DNA of 53,989 nucleotides from contig CAZSQR010000002.1 of the NCBI GenBank assembly GCA_964609265.1, positions 1 through 53,989 on the forward strand, written 5' to 3'. A model generated the notes under the pieces. The model made no database searches, had not been told where the DNA came from, and saw nothing but the letters and a program-made list of their open reading frames with translations. Made by a program: the position numbers and the translations under genes. Numbering within the stretch: the first letter of the stretch is position 1; every line of letters begins with the position of its first letter. Positions 28,024-36,919 of the stretch are shown here, in pieces. This stretch comes from Candidatus Woesearchaeota archaeon. Lineage in GTDB: Archaea; Nanobdellota; Nanobdellia; Pacearchaeales; GW2011-AR1.

Positions 28024-28761
28024 TTAGTCTTTTTCCTGAAATTTGTTAATAACTTTAATATACTCTTTATTCAATCCTCCAAGTCTGAAGATTATGACTT
28101 TTTTGAAACCTGATTTTTTTACAAAATTAAGGTCTTTTTCTAGATTTTCTGGAGAGAGTATTTGTTCGTTATTCAGAACTCCATGAGCGATTGTGCCTAG
28201 GCTTACAGAATATTGAGTTTTATTTTTAAGGTTCTTTAGATGGTTTTTGATACTCTTATTTATTATCTTAGGCATCGTGCTGGAATACCACATTAGACTT
28301 TTTTCTGTTTGAACATTAAAATCCTGTCCTCTAAAACAAATATATTTTGAAAATATTGTCTCTATTGGCTGGGCAGTTGTTATTCTTTTTTTATTTTCTT
28401 CCATAAATTTTTTTATTAATCCTCTATTTTGAAAAAATAAGAATAAATTTTTTATAATTAATATCTTATTTTTAAAAGGAAGTTCTAGATCAATTAACAA
28501 GGGATTCTTTATCTTTTCTAAATCTTCAAATGTTTTCAGGAGATCTTTTGTGTTTGAAAATGGAGAAATATAATAAGAATTTGGAATTATTGGCCAGTAA
28601 GCTACAGTTACATCTTTTTTTATTTTTTTAATTTCTTTTTCAAGATTTTTGAATTCATTAACAGTTCTCGCTGCTACAAACAACCTAATTGGAAATTTGA
28701 CTAGTTTTAACTTTTCCAAGTTTTCTTTTACAGGAAACTCTTCATAAAAATCTATTTGCAT
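28024..28761 (-). CDS. hypothetical protein
   Basis: 245-aa ATG ORF. No motifs recognised. Confidence 0.5.
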   Translation of the reverse strand: MQIDFYEEFPVKENLEKLKLVKFPIRLFVAARTVNEFKNLEKEIKKIKKDVTVAYWPIIPNSYYISPFSNTKDLLKTFEDLEKIKNPLLIDLELPFKNKILIIKNLFLFFQNRGLIKKFMEENKKRITTAQPIETIFSKYICFRGQDFNVQTEKSLMWYSSTMPKIINKSIKNHLKNLKNKTQYSVSLGTIAHGVLNNEQILSPENLEKDLNFVKKSGFKKVIIFRLGGLNKEYIKVINKFQEKD

Positions 28762-28794
28762 ATATCTTTTAAACTGAGGGAGATTAAAAAGATT

Positions 28795-29343
28795 ATGAAG
28801 TTGGGAAAAGGATTTTTTTCAAGAAATGCAAAGGAAGTTGCAAGGGATTTGCTTGGAGAAGTTCTTGTGAGGAAGATTGGTAATAAAATTTTGAGAGCGA
28901 AGATTGTTGAGACAGAAGCTTATTTTGGAAGTGAAGATCCTGCATCAAGAGCTGTTCAAAATGGAGACTTAAGGAAAACAATGTTGATGGAGCCGGGAAC
29001 TATTTTGGTTTATGGGGTTCATAATAACTGGCTTATTAATTTTGTGACCAGCAATGAAGGAAAAGCAGAGGCAGTTCTAATTCGCTCTCTTGAGCCCTTA
29101 AATTTTGAAGCAAAAACTAATGGTCCTGGCCTTCTGACAAAAGCCCTGAGAATTGGAAAAGATTTCCATAAAAAAAATATTTGTGAAACCAGTAATTTGT
29201 GGGTTGAAGAGAACTTTGGATTTGATGAGACAAAAAAAGGAAGCCTTGAAATCGCGGAGGCATTTAGGATTGGTGTTAAAAAAGACCTGTCTAAGAAACT
29301 AAGATTTTATATCAAAGGAAATAAATTTGTTAGCAGGAAATAA
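28795..29343 (+). CDS. mpg: DNA-3-methyladenine glycosylase (Mpg/AAG family)
   Basis: FF.R.A.EVARDLLG..LVR......L.AKIVETEAY...DPAS.A pattern of the Mpg family. The track start 28756 is TTG and overlaps its neighbour, so ATG 28795 is preferred. Confidence 0.8.
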   Translation: MKLGKGFFSRNAKEVARDLLGEVLVRKIGNKILRAKIVETEAYFGSEDPASRAVQNGDLRKTMLMEPGTILVYGVHNNWLINFVTSNEGKAEAVLIRSLEPLNFEAKTNGPGLLTKALRIGKDFHKKNICETSNLWVEENFGFDETKKGSLEIAEAFRIGVKKDLSKKLRFYIKGNKFVSRK

Positions 29344-29344
29344 A

Positions 29345-30133
29345 ATGAATAAAAAAGGAGATAAGCAAAGGCTTTTGAAAAAGATTATGTCTAAGAAGGA
29401 GTATTCAGGATTGCCTGAGAGAGATGTTGAAAAAGCTTTTGAGTTTTTTAATAAAAAAGAATATTCTGATTTAGAGAGGGTTAAACTTACGCGGGATTTG
29501 TTGAAGAAAGTTTTTACTGCATTTATGGGAAGAAAAATAATGAATCCCAAGGACAAAGATGCAAGATGGTTTTTATTAAGGCATGTCTCAACAAAAGAAA
29601 GATTTGATTTTTATAAAGAGATTTATGAAAGAATTTTTGAAGGAGTGAAAGAAAAGGAAATTTCAATTGTTGATTTGGGTTCTGGAATAAACGGATTAAG
29701 CTATAAATTTTTCCCCAAAAACAAAAAGATAAATTATTTGGGGGTGGAGGGAGTTAAACAACTTGTAGATGTTGCCAATTATTTTTTTGAAAAAAATAAG
29801 ATTGATGCAAAAGTTATTCACAAAAGTTTGTTTGAATTAAAAAAAATTAAAAAATTAATTGAAGCACAGAAGAAGCCAAGGATTATCTTTTTGTTTAAGA
29901 CGATTGATTCTTTGGAGATGCTTGAAAGGGATTATACAAAGAAATTTTTGAAGGAATTAGGTCCTTTGTGTGAGAGGTTTGTTGTTAGTTTTGCAACAAG
30001 AAGTTTATTCAGAAAGCAGTTGTTTAGGGTTAGAAGAGATTGGGCAATAAATTACATTAAAGGGAATTTTAAAATTCTGGATGATTTTGAGGTTGGAATA
30101 GAGAGATTTATTGTATTTCAATATAAAAAATAA
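29345..30133 (+). CDS. FmrO-family 16S rRNA methyltransferase homolog (ArmA/RmtB-like)
   Basis: Collinear matches to ArmA/RmtB as I recall them: KKIMSKKEYSGL..DVEKA, HVSTKERF..YKEIYERIF, SAM motif IVDLGSGINGL, IIFLFKTIDSLEMLERD and FVVSFATRSL. The ATG lies 1 nt after the mpg stop. Confidence 0.65.
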   Translation: MNKKGDKQRLLKKIMSKKEYSGLPERDVEKAFEFFNKKEYSDLERVKLTRDLLKKVFTAFMGRKIMNPKDKDARWFLLRHVSTKERFDFYKEIYERIFEGVKEKEISIVDLGSGINGLSYKFFPKNKKINYLGVEGVKQLVDVANYFFEKNKIDAKVIHKSLFELKKIKKLIEAQKKPRIIFLFKTIDSLEMLERDYTKKFLKELGPLCERFVVSFATRSLFRKQLFRVRRDWAINYIKGNFKILDDFEVGIERFIVFQYKK

Positions 30134-30172
30134 AAAGGTAAACTTTATAATAGTTTTTTTCTTTAGAGAATT

Positions 30173-30460
30173 ATGCCTTCACAACCAACCCCATCAAATG
30201 TAAGACAAGGGAAAGAAGGAGCTCAAACTCAAAAACAGGGGCAAGTTCAGGCAGAACAACCCCCACAAGTCCCACAAACACCCCCTGTCCAGACAGCAGG
30301 AGCGCAAACACAAGCAACTCAGCCAGCAGCACAGCCTGTCTCTCAACAAACAACACAACCACAACCTTCACCAAAAAAATCAAAATGGTGGCTTTGGGTC
30401 ATAATAATTTTTGGGATTCTTGTTGTTCTCGGAGCTATAGCTTATTTTATATTTAGATAA
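30173..30460 (+). CDS. Q/P/T-rich low-complexity protein with C-terminal transmembrane anchor
   Basis: 95 aa. An A/C-rich coding strand encodes QTQ/PQ repeats, ending in WWLWVIIIFGILVVLGAIAYFIF. A TATA box (CTTTATAAT) lies about 25 nt upstream. Confidence 0.6.
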   Translation: MPSQPTPSNVRQGKEGAQTQKQGQVQAEQPPQVPQTPPVQTAGAQTQATQPAAQPVSQQTTQPQPSPKKSKWWLWVIIIFGILVVLGAIAYFIFR

Positions 30461-30503
30461 GTTATATTAAAGATTTAAAAACTCTTTTTGTTTTTTTTGC
30501 CTT

Positions 30504-31709
30504 ATGAAGCCAAAACTTCACAGAAAAGTTTTGAGTAACGGCATGGTTGTTCTTTTTGAGAAAAGAGCTCTTCCGACAATAAGTGTTGCTTTTGCAGTGC
30601 GTCACGGAAGTATAAATGAGTCTTTTTCTGAAAAAGGAATCTCTCATTTTATAGAGCATTTGATTTACAAAGGAACTCCTAAAAGAAGCTCACGGCAGAT
30701 TGCAATTGAAATTGAAAGAAAAGGGGGAGAGTTAAATGGGTTTACTTCTGAGACAACGACGGCTTTCCACTGCAAAATGCCGAGCAGACATTTAAAAACA
30801 GCCCTCAAAGTTTTGGGCGATATTGTTAAAAATCCAAAGTTTGACGCTGAAGATATTGAGAAAGAGAGGCAAGTGATTTTTGAAGAAATAAAACTTTACA
30901 GGGACAGCCCTCAGCACTATGTTACTCAGGAAATACACAGAAATCTTTACAAGGGTCATTTCAGAATTCCTGTGATTGGAACACTTAAATCTATGAATTC
31001 TATAAACCGGGAAAAATTGGTTAAAAAGTTCGAAGAAGTCTATAATCCAAATAATATCATTCTCTGTGTTGTAGGTGATGCTGATTTTAAAAAGGTTATA
31101 AAGTTTGCAAAAAAGAACTTTGGAAAAGAAAAAGGAAAAATAAGAAAAAAGAAGGTTGAGAAGCAAAACAAATCAACAACAGAAAAAAGAAAGGGAATAG
31201 ATCAGGCAAATCTTATTTTTGCTTACCATGTTCCTGGTTTGAATGACAAAAAAAGTTATGCATCCTTTGTTTTGAATGTTTTAATGGCAGGGGGGATGTC
31301 TTCAAGGCTTTTTAATGAAATAAGGGAAAAAAGAAATCTTGCATATGTTGTTAAGGGAGCCTCGGATATTAACAGGGATTTTGCGTATAATAGCATATAT
31401 GTGGGAACAAAAAAAGAAAATATTGAAAAAATAAAAAAGATTATCTTGGAAGAGTTTGAAAAAGTTTCAGAAGAGCTTGATGAGTCTGAGTTGGGCCAGG
31501 TTAAAGAACAAATTATTGGGAATCACCAGATTGCTATTGAAGATTCACATATTCAAATGGAAAATCTCCTTATACATGAAGTTAACGGAAACGCAAAACG
31601 TGCTTACGAATTTGAGAAAAATATCAGGTCTGTAAAACTTAAAGATGTAAAAGAGCTTGCAAAAATTCCCTTAAAAAAATATAGTTTTTTCTCTCTGGTG
31701 CCCGGATAA
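30504..31709 (+). CDS. M16-family (pitrilysin-like) zinc peptidase
   Basis: Inverted zinc motif HFIEH (HxxEH) and a downstream E in the ...ERQVIFEEI region. Confidence 0.8.
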   Translation: MKPKLHRKVLSNGMVVLFEKRALPTISVAFAVRHGSINESFSEKGISHFIEHLIYKGTPKRSSRQIAIEIERKGGELNGFTSETTTAFHCKMPSRHLKTALKVLGDIVKNPKFDAEDIEKERQVIFEEIKLYRDSPQHYVTQEIHRNLYKGHFRIPVIGTLKSMNSINREKLVKKFEEVYNPNNIILCVVGDADFKKVIKFAKKNFGKEKGKIRKKKVEKQNKSTTEKRKGIDQANLIFAYHVPGLNDKKSYASFVLNVLMAGGMSSRLFNEIREKRNLAYVVKGASDINRDFAYNSIYVGTKKENIEKIKKIILEEFEKVSEELDESELGQVKEQIIGNHQIAIEDSHIQMENLLIHEVNGNAKRAYEFEKNIRSVKLKDVKELAKIPLKKYSFFSLVPG

Positions 31710-31788
31710 ATTATAATAATTAAAATTAAAAAAGATTATTGAAAAATTTATAAGTAAGGGGGACTTAGAAACAAAAAATGAGGTTAAA

Positions 31789-32493
31789 ATGAACATAAAG
31801 CTGAAATTACTTATCCTATCAGATGTTCTGATTTTGAGCAGCTTTGGATTAATCGCGCCGATATTTGCTATTTTTATTATTGGACTAGAAGGAGGGAGCA
31901 TTGTCAGTGCTGGTTTAGCAACAACAACTTTCTTGGTTGTGAAGGCTTCTTTTCAACTACCTCTGTCAAAGTATTTTCTGGATAAGAACAAACACAAAAC
32001 ACGGCTTTTGCTTTTCGGGACTTTTCTTATACTTCTTGTCCCTTTTATTTATTTTTTTGCGAACCATGTCAATACCATATTTATTGCGCAGGCAGTTTAT
32101 GGACTTGGAACCGCTCTTGCTTATCCTGCGTGGTTCAGTCTTTTTACAATTTATATGGACAAGAGGCACAGAGGATTTGAGTATGCAATATGGAGTACCG
32201 GAGTTGGGCTTGGGACAGCGTTGGCAGCTTATTTAGGAGCTCAGGCTGAGGAATTTTTAGGATTTAGATATCTTTTCTTTTTTGTCGGTGGGATTGCTCT
32301 TTTGGGTTTCCTGCTTTTGATTTCACTTGATAGGATAGACGGAAGAGACTTCAGAAAAGAAGAGAGGCGGGAGAAAAAGAGAGAAAGGGAAAGAATGAAA
32401 AGGAAGAAAGAAATGGAAAAATTAAGGAGAAGGCACCAGAGGGAAAGAATGAAAAGGAAGAAAGAAATGGAAAAATTAAAGAAGAAAAGCTAA
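31789..32493 (+). CDS. six-helix MFS-like half transporter with basic repeat tail
   Basis: About 6 TM helices with an MFS motif-A-like loop (FLDKNKHKTRLLL). The C-terminus contains the duplicated RERMKRKKEMEKL. Confidence 0.5.
   Translation: MNIKLKLLILSDVLILSSFGLIAPIFAIFIIGLEGGSIVSAGLATTTFLVVKASFQLPLSKYFLDKNKHKTRLLLFGTFLILLVPFIYFFANHVNTIFIAQAVYGLGTALAYPAWFSLFTIYMDKRHRGFEYAIWSTGVGLGTALAAYLGAQAEEFLGFRYLFFFVGGIALLGFLLLISLDRIDGRDFRKEERREKKRERERMKRKKEMEKLRRRHQRERMKRKKEMEKLKKKS
32386..32479. repeat. 54-bp-period tandem duplication (40-bp perfect core)
   Basis: AGGGAAAGAATGAAAAGGAAGAAAGAAATGGAAAAATTAA at 32386-32425 is repeated exactly at 32440-32479. Confidence 0.9.
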
Positions 32494-32506
32494 CTAAAGT
32501 CATAAA

Positions 32507-33046
32507 ATGAGAATTTTTATTTCTATAGACGTCCCTAAAGAAGTTCGGAAAGAAATTGAGAAGATACAAGCAAAACTTCCTAAATTTAAAGGAAAGAAAA
32601 CAGAGCCAGAGAATCTACATTTGACTTTAAAATTTCTTGGGGAAATCGACGATAGAAAGGTTGAAGAAGTTAAAGAAAGATTAAAAGAAATTAAATATGG
32701 TTCTTTTGAAGCTGAGATTGATTCTATAGGGTTTTTTGATAATAGAAAATCAAGCAGATATAAACAACAGATAATTATATGGCTTCATATGAAAAATTGC
32801 AAGAAACTACAGAAAAAAATAGATGATGCTCTTAAATGCTTATTTAAACCTGAAAAGAGATTTATGAGTCATTTAACCATCGCACGAGTAAAAAAAATTA
32901 GCAATAAAAAATTCTTTTTGGAAAAATTAAAACAAATTAAAATTTCTAATTTAAAATTTAATATTAATTCTTTTCATTTAATGCAATCAAAACTTTTTAA
33001 AAAAGGTCCTAAATATTCTGTTATTGAAAAATATACTCCTGTTTAA
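32507..33046 (+). CDS. thpR: RNA 2',3'-cyclic phosphodiesterase (ThpR/LigT, 2H family)
   Basis: Two H-x-T motifs: HLTLKFLG and HLTIARV. Confidence 0.8.
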   Translation: MRIFISIDVPKEVRKEIEKIQAKLPKFKGKKTEPENLHLTLKFLGEIDDRKVEEVKERLKEIKYGSFEAEIDSIGFFDNRKSSRYKQQIIIWLHMKNCKKLQKKIDDALKCLFKPEKRFMSHLTIARVKKISNKKFFLEKLKQIKISNLKFNINSFHLMQSKLFKKGPKYSVIEKYTPV

Positions 33047-33744
33047 TATTTTTCCTTTATAATTTTAAAGACTTCTGCCTTTTTCCCCAGAACCTCCTGT
33101 AGTTTAGATTCAGGAGCATTAATCACGCCCTTTATTGTCCTGAATTTTTCCAGAAGTTTTCTTGCGGTTTTTGGCCCTATTCCTGGAAAGCCTTCTAGAA
33201 TAAATTGCATTCTCTCTTTTTTATCCAGTGATTTCTTATTTACGTTTAACGGAATTTCTCTTGGTCTTTTTCTTGCGAGAACAGAGAGAAATCTTGCAGT
33301 GTCTGCATAGTCTTTTGTAAAGATTATAGGAACTTTGTGTTTAAGAAGGATTGAAAGAAGAAATCCGCGGATTGAATTCGGATGCATTCCTGTTTCGTCT
33401 TTAGAACATCTATCTGAATACAATTCCTGTTCGTCAATTCCCTCTACAATAAGAAGCCTATTCTTGTATTGCCCTAGTTCTTCAAGCTGATTTAAAAGCC
33501 TTCTGCTAATCATTGAGCTTATGAAGTCTGAAATTGTTTTTCTTTCAACAGCGACTCCCTGGACAATATAATCTGCAACTTTCAGATGTTTTATTTCAGG
33601 TTCTATCCCAAGAGAAACAAGTTCTGAAATCACAAGAGAATTTTTCTCTCTAAAATCCACAGTTATTTTCAGTATTTCTTTTGTGCCCCTCGACTTGGAA
33701 GCGGTTTTTGAGAAAATATCAAAAATAGGTTTTAACTTTACCAT
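33043..33744 (-). CDS. XPF/Hef-type ERCC4 nuclease domain protein with (HhH)2
   Basis: ADYIV..GVAVERKTISDFISS (ERK motif) and C-terminal GFPGIGPKTARKLLEKF. Confidence 0.85.
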   Translation of the reverse strand: MVKLKPIFDIFSKTASKSRGTKEILKITVDFREKNSLVISELVSLGIEPEIKHLKVADYIVQGVAVERKTISDFISSMISRRLLNQLEELGQYKNRLLIVEGIDEQELYSDRCSKDETGMHPNSIRGFLLSILLKHKVPIIFTKDYADTARFLSVLARKRPREIPLNVNKKSLDKKERMQFILEGFPGIGPKTARKLLEKFRTIKGVINAPESKLQEVLGKKAEVFKIIKEKY

Positions 33745-33789
33745 TTTAATTTTTTGTTTTATCTGTTCCTAAATTTATTCTTTAGACAT

Positions 33790-35403
33790 TTATAGTGTTT
33801 TTTGCTTTTCAGCTTTTATCTTTTTTGAAAGAGCTTCTTTTATAGATTTGATTGCAGAATGCATCTTTTTCTCTTTTAATTTTGATATGTAAAAGTAGGC
33901 TTCGTCTCTTGTATCTTTTGTAATGAGAATTATCAATTTTCCTTTTTTTAATCTGGCTGTTCTTCCTGCTCTTTGTATTGCCCTGATTGCACTTGGCACA
34001 GGCTCGTAGAAGATAACAGTATTAACCTCTGGAATGTCCAGACCTTCTTCACCTATAGAGGTTGCGACAAGAGTATTTATTTCGCCTGAACGAAATTTAT
34101 CAAGAATTTTTTTCTGCTCTTTTTGGTTCATTCCCGGAACTTTTTCCATCCCTTTGATATCTTTATAAGCTTCAGAATTTTTAGGTTTTGAGCCTGTTCT
34201 TGTTCCCTGGCCCACAAAAATGTTTGGATTCACTTCCTCAATTTTTTCAATGCTTTCTTTTATTTTTCTGGCGGTGTCTCTGAATTGAGTGAAAATAATC
34301 ACTTTGAATCCCTTGTTTTTTCTCTCCTCTTTTTCTTTTATTATTATTTCTGTAAGAATCAGAATCTTGGGATGCTCTATGCCTTTTTCAAGAAGTTCAT
34401 TTGATTTTACAAATGCATAATTAAATTCTGGTTTTGAAACAAGTCTGATTACTCCTTTGCTTTCTTTTTTTGCAGCTTTCCTGAATAATTCTTTGAGGTA
34501 TTTATTGAATCCAAAAAGCGTCTGTGTTTCGAGAAGTCCGAGAGCGTGCTGTATTTTTATTGCTTGGGCGCAAGCACTTGATGCGAGAAGCATGTTGTAG
34601 TTTTTGTTCCCTTTTGATATAGAAGAAAAAATATTCTTTTGTAATTTCAGAAGCTCTGTTTTTGTAGGTCTGCCAAAAAAAACTTTCCTGTTTCGTAGCT
34701 CACAAATATATTCATGAAAAAGTTTTAATAAAGAAGTTCTTATTTTTACAAATTCAGGAGAAAGTCTGAGAGATATTTTTTCAAACTTTAATTCTTGTAA
34801 ATAGGATTTTACATCAGGGCTTTCCCTTGTTCTTAATTCCACAGCTTCTATGGAGAGATTGTTGCATATTTCATTTATTCTCTTTTTCTCACTTCCAGGA
34901 GAGGCAGTTAATCCAATAATCCTAGGATGAAAGGATTGTTCCATGTATTTTTTTGCAACATAAGTATAATCATAACTTTTTACACATCTGTGGGCCTCGT
35001 CTTCAATAAGCAGACACACATCTTTTAATTCATAACTTCTCTTCTTTAAGTCATTGGCAATGCACTGAGGGGTTGAAAAAATTATATCTGCTTTTTGCCA
35101 GATTTCTTTCCTCTTTTTAGGGTTGACATAGCCTGTGAATAATTGCATTTCTCCAAAAAGTTCTGGAAGATGCTTTTTAAAATAGTTCAGGTGTTGTTCT
35201 GCAAGAGGTTTTGTAGGTGCCAGAAAAACAACTCTTTCTCCAGGAAAAGCCTTCATTCTTTCAATAGAGAGCATAAGAGCTATAAGTGTCTTGCCTAATC
35301 CTGTAGGGAGCACGACCAAGCAGTTTTTTTCTGTGCATGTTTTTAAAATGCCCTCCTGATATTCCCGAGGGAGGATATTTTCCAAAAATCTTGAAGACTT
35401 CAT
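33790..35403 (-). CDS. Hef/FANCM-type SF2 helicase domain protein
   Basis: Motif I LPTGLGKT, motif II DEAH, motif III TASPG, motif VI QRAGRTAR. It ends 45 nt upstream of the separate nuclease ORF. Confidence 0.85.
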   Translation of the reverse strand: MKSSRFLENILPREYQEGILKTCTEKNCLVVLPTGLGKTLIALMLSIERMKAFPGERVVFLAPTKPLAEQHLNYFKKHLPELFGEMQLFTGYVNPKKRKEIWQKADIIFSTPQCIANDLKKRSYELKDVCLLIEDEAHRCVKSYDYTYVAKKYMEQSFHPRIIGLTASPGSEKKRINEICNNLSIEAVELRTRESPDVKSYLQELKFEKISLRLSPEFVKIRTSLLKLFHEYICELRNRKVFFGRPTKTELLKLQKNIFSSISKGNKNYNMLLASSACAQAIKIQHALGLLETQTLFGFNKYLKELFRKAAKKESKGVIRLVSKPEFNYAFVKSNELLEKGIEHPKILILTEIIIKEKEERKNKGFKVIIFTQFRDTARKIKESIEKIEEVNPNIFVGQGTRTGSKPKNSEAYKDIKGMEKVPGMNQKEQKKILDKFRSGEINTLVATSIGEEGLDIPEVNTVIFYEPVPSAIRAIQRAGRTARLKKGKLIILITKDTRDEAYFYISKLKEKKMHSAIKSIKEALSKKIKAEKQKTL

Positions 35404-35451
35404 AAATTAAGAAGGATACTGTTATTATAAAAAGTTTCTTGTGTTAACTTT

Positions 35452-35658
35452 TTACTTTTTTATTATATAAAATACCAAGACAGCAGAAAACAAAACAAGT
35501 AACAGACCAATGAATGGAAGAATATCAAAAGAAGCATTATCATTCAAAATCACATTACCCATCATTCCCTTATTCAAAAGAAGAAAGCCTGCTGTAAGAG
35601 AAACAAATGCAAATATTCCCATTGTTTTTTTTATCTTTAGTTTGCTTCCTTTTTCCAT
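35452..35658 (-). CDS. small membrane protein
   Basis: 68 aa with two hydrophobic helices. Confidence 0.45.
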   Translation of the reverse strand: MEKGSKLKIKKTMGIFAFVSLTAGFLLLNKGMMGNVILNDNASFDILPFIGLLLVLFSAVLVFYIIKK

Positions 35659-35703
35659 GATTTTCTGAAGTAAATCAGGTTTAAATGTTTTTTGCTGCTT
35701 TGA

Positions 35704-36330
35704 TTATATCAGAAGAAGAACATATCCCATCCCGATTAACACTAATGCAGCGAGGAAACTCCAAAGTATTCGGCTTCCAAAGAAGATTTTGTTTCCATCA
35801 AGGTCAGAAAGAGGAAGTATGTTAAAAAAAGCAAAATAAATATTCATTCTTGCGAGTTCTGAAAAACCAATCAAGTAGCCTACAACCGCAAAAACAAGAT
35901 TTGCGGCGATACCTGTTGCAGCAATCCATCCTATATGCTCTTCAGTCATTTCAGAATATGAGTAAAGTCCGTGGCGTTTTGCCGCCCTGTAGATTTTTGG
36001 CTTTACATCAAAAACTAAAGAAGCCATCCATACAAAATTTCCGAGAGTGATAAGAGAAGTTATTATTGGAAAAAAGATGCCTGCCTGAAAAGGTTTTTTA
36101 AAATACTTATGAGCCTTAAATCCATACCTCTTTACCTGCCATGTCCTAATATCTATTTCTGAATCCAGATAAAAGCTCGTAATTTTTTTTGCAATGTTGT
36201 TTATGAAAATAGTGAGGAATACTGCCAGAAAGATATAAAGAAAAACAGACACATTCCTGAACAATCCAAATACAAGAGTAATAACAAGAATTACTGCCAA
36301 CAATGAATAAATTTCCTTAAGATTGAACAT
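35704..36330 (-). CDS. site-2-protease (M50)-like membrane protein lacking HExxH
   Basis: The C-terminal FNILPLSDLDGNKIF matches the M50 NxxPxxxLDG motif. There is no HExxH anywhere in the 208 aa. Confidence 0.5.
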   Translation of the reverse strand: MFNLKEIYSLLAVILVITLVFGLFRNVSVFLYIFLAVFLTIFINNIAKKITSFYLDSEIDIRTWQVKRYGFKAHKYFKKPFQAGIFFPIITSLITLGNFVWMASLVFDVKPKIYRAAKRHGLYSYSEMTEEHIGWIAATGIAANLVFAVVGYLIGFSELARMNIYFAFFNILPLSDLDGNKIFFGSRILWSFLAALVLIGMGYVLLLI

Positions 36331-36481
36331 TTTAATTTACTTAATTTCTTTATTTTATTAGGTATGAATTTCTTATAAAGTTTATTATGTTGAAGTTTTA
36401 GCTTTTTTTAGTTTTATGCTAATTAATCAATGTTTACTTAATCACGGAAAAGTATTTAAATAATCTCAAATAAAGATTAGT

Positions 36482-36763
36482 ATGCACGTGAAAAAAATAT
36501 CAGAGGTAATAGGTTCTGAGGTTTATACTGATTCGGGAGATTATTTTGGAGAGGTTGAAGAGGCAAATCTTCAGGAGAACAAAATTGATGGCTGGAGAAT
36601 AGGGGTTAGTGGTGGAGTCACATCTCTTGTTGGCGGTGCTCGCGGTGTAATAATCCCTCATCAGTTTGTAAAGGCAATCAGCGATATTTTTATTATAAAT
36701 AGGTCTGTCCTGCCAAGTCCTGGTTCTGAACCTGAGGAAGTAATTTCCGAAGAATCAGAGTGA
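36482..36763 (+). CDS. PRC-barrel domain protein
   Basis: VIGSEVYTDSGDYFGEVEEANL...IDGWRI...IIPHQFVKAISDIFIIN. Confidence 0.65.
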   Translation: MHVKKISEVIGSEVYTDSGDYFGEVEEANLQENKIDGWRIGVSGGVTSLVGGARGVIIPHQFVKAISDIFIINRSVLPSPGSEPEEVISEESE

Positions 36764-36919
36764 ATATTTATTGGAGTAAATTTTTAAGAATTCTTATTTG
36801 TTAACTTTTATAATGTTTTAAGTATCTTTTAACTCATCCAAACAAAAAACAATATAATACATTCCCAGAAAATTTAAATACTATAAAATCAATCTATAAC
36901 ATTATAATAATTATAAAAA

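Noticed and set aside
30171-30383. 70-aa minus-strand ORF in the C/A-rich segment
   Set aside because: It is the stop-free shadow of the Q/P/T-rich plus-strand gene, which has the TATA box and a terminal TM helix.
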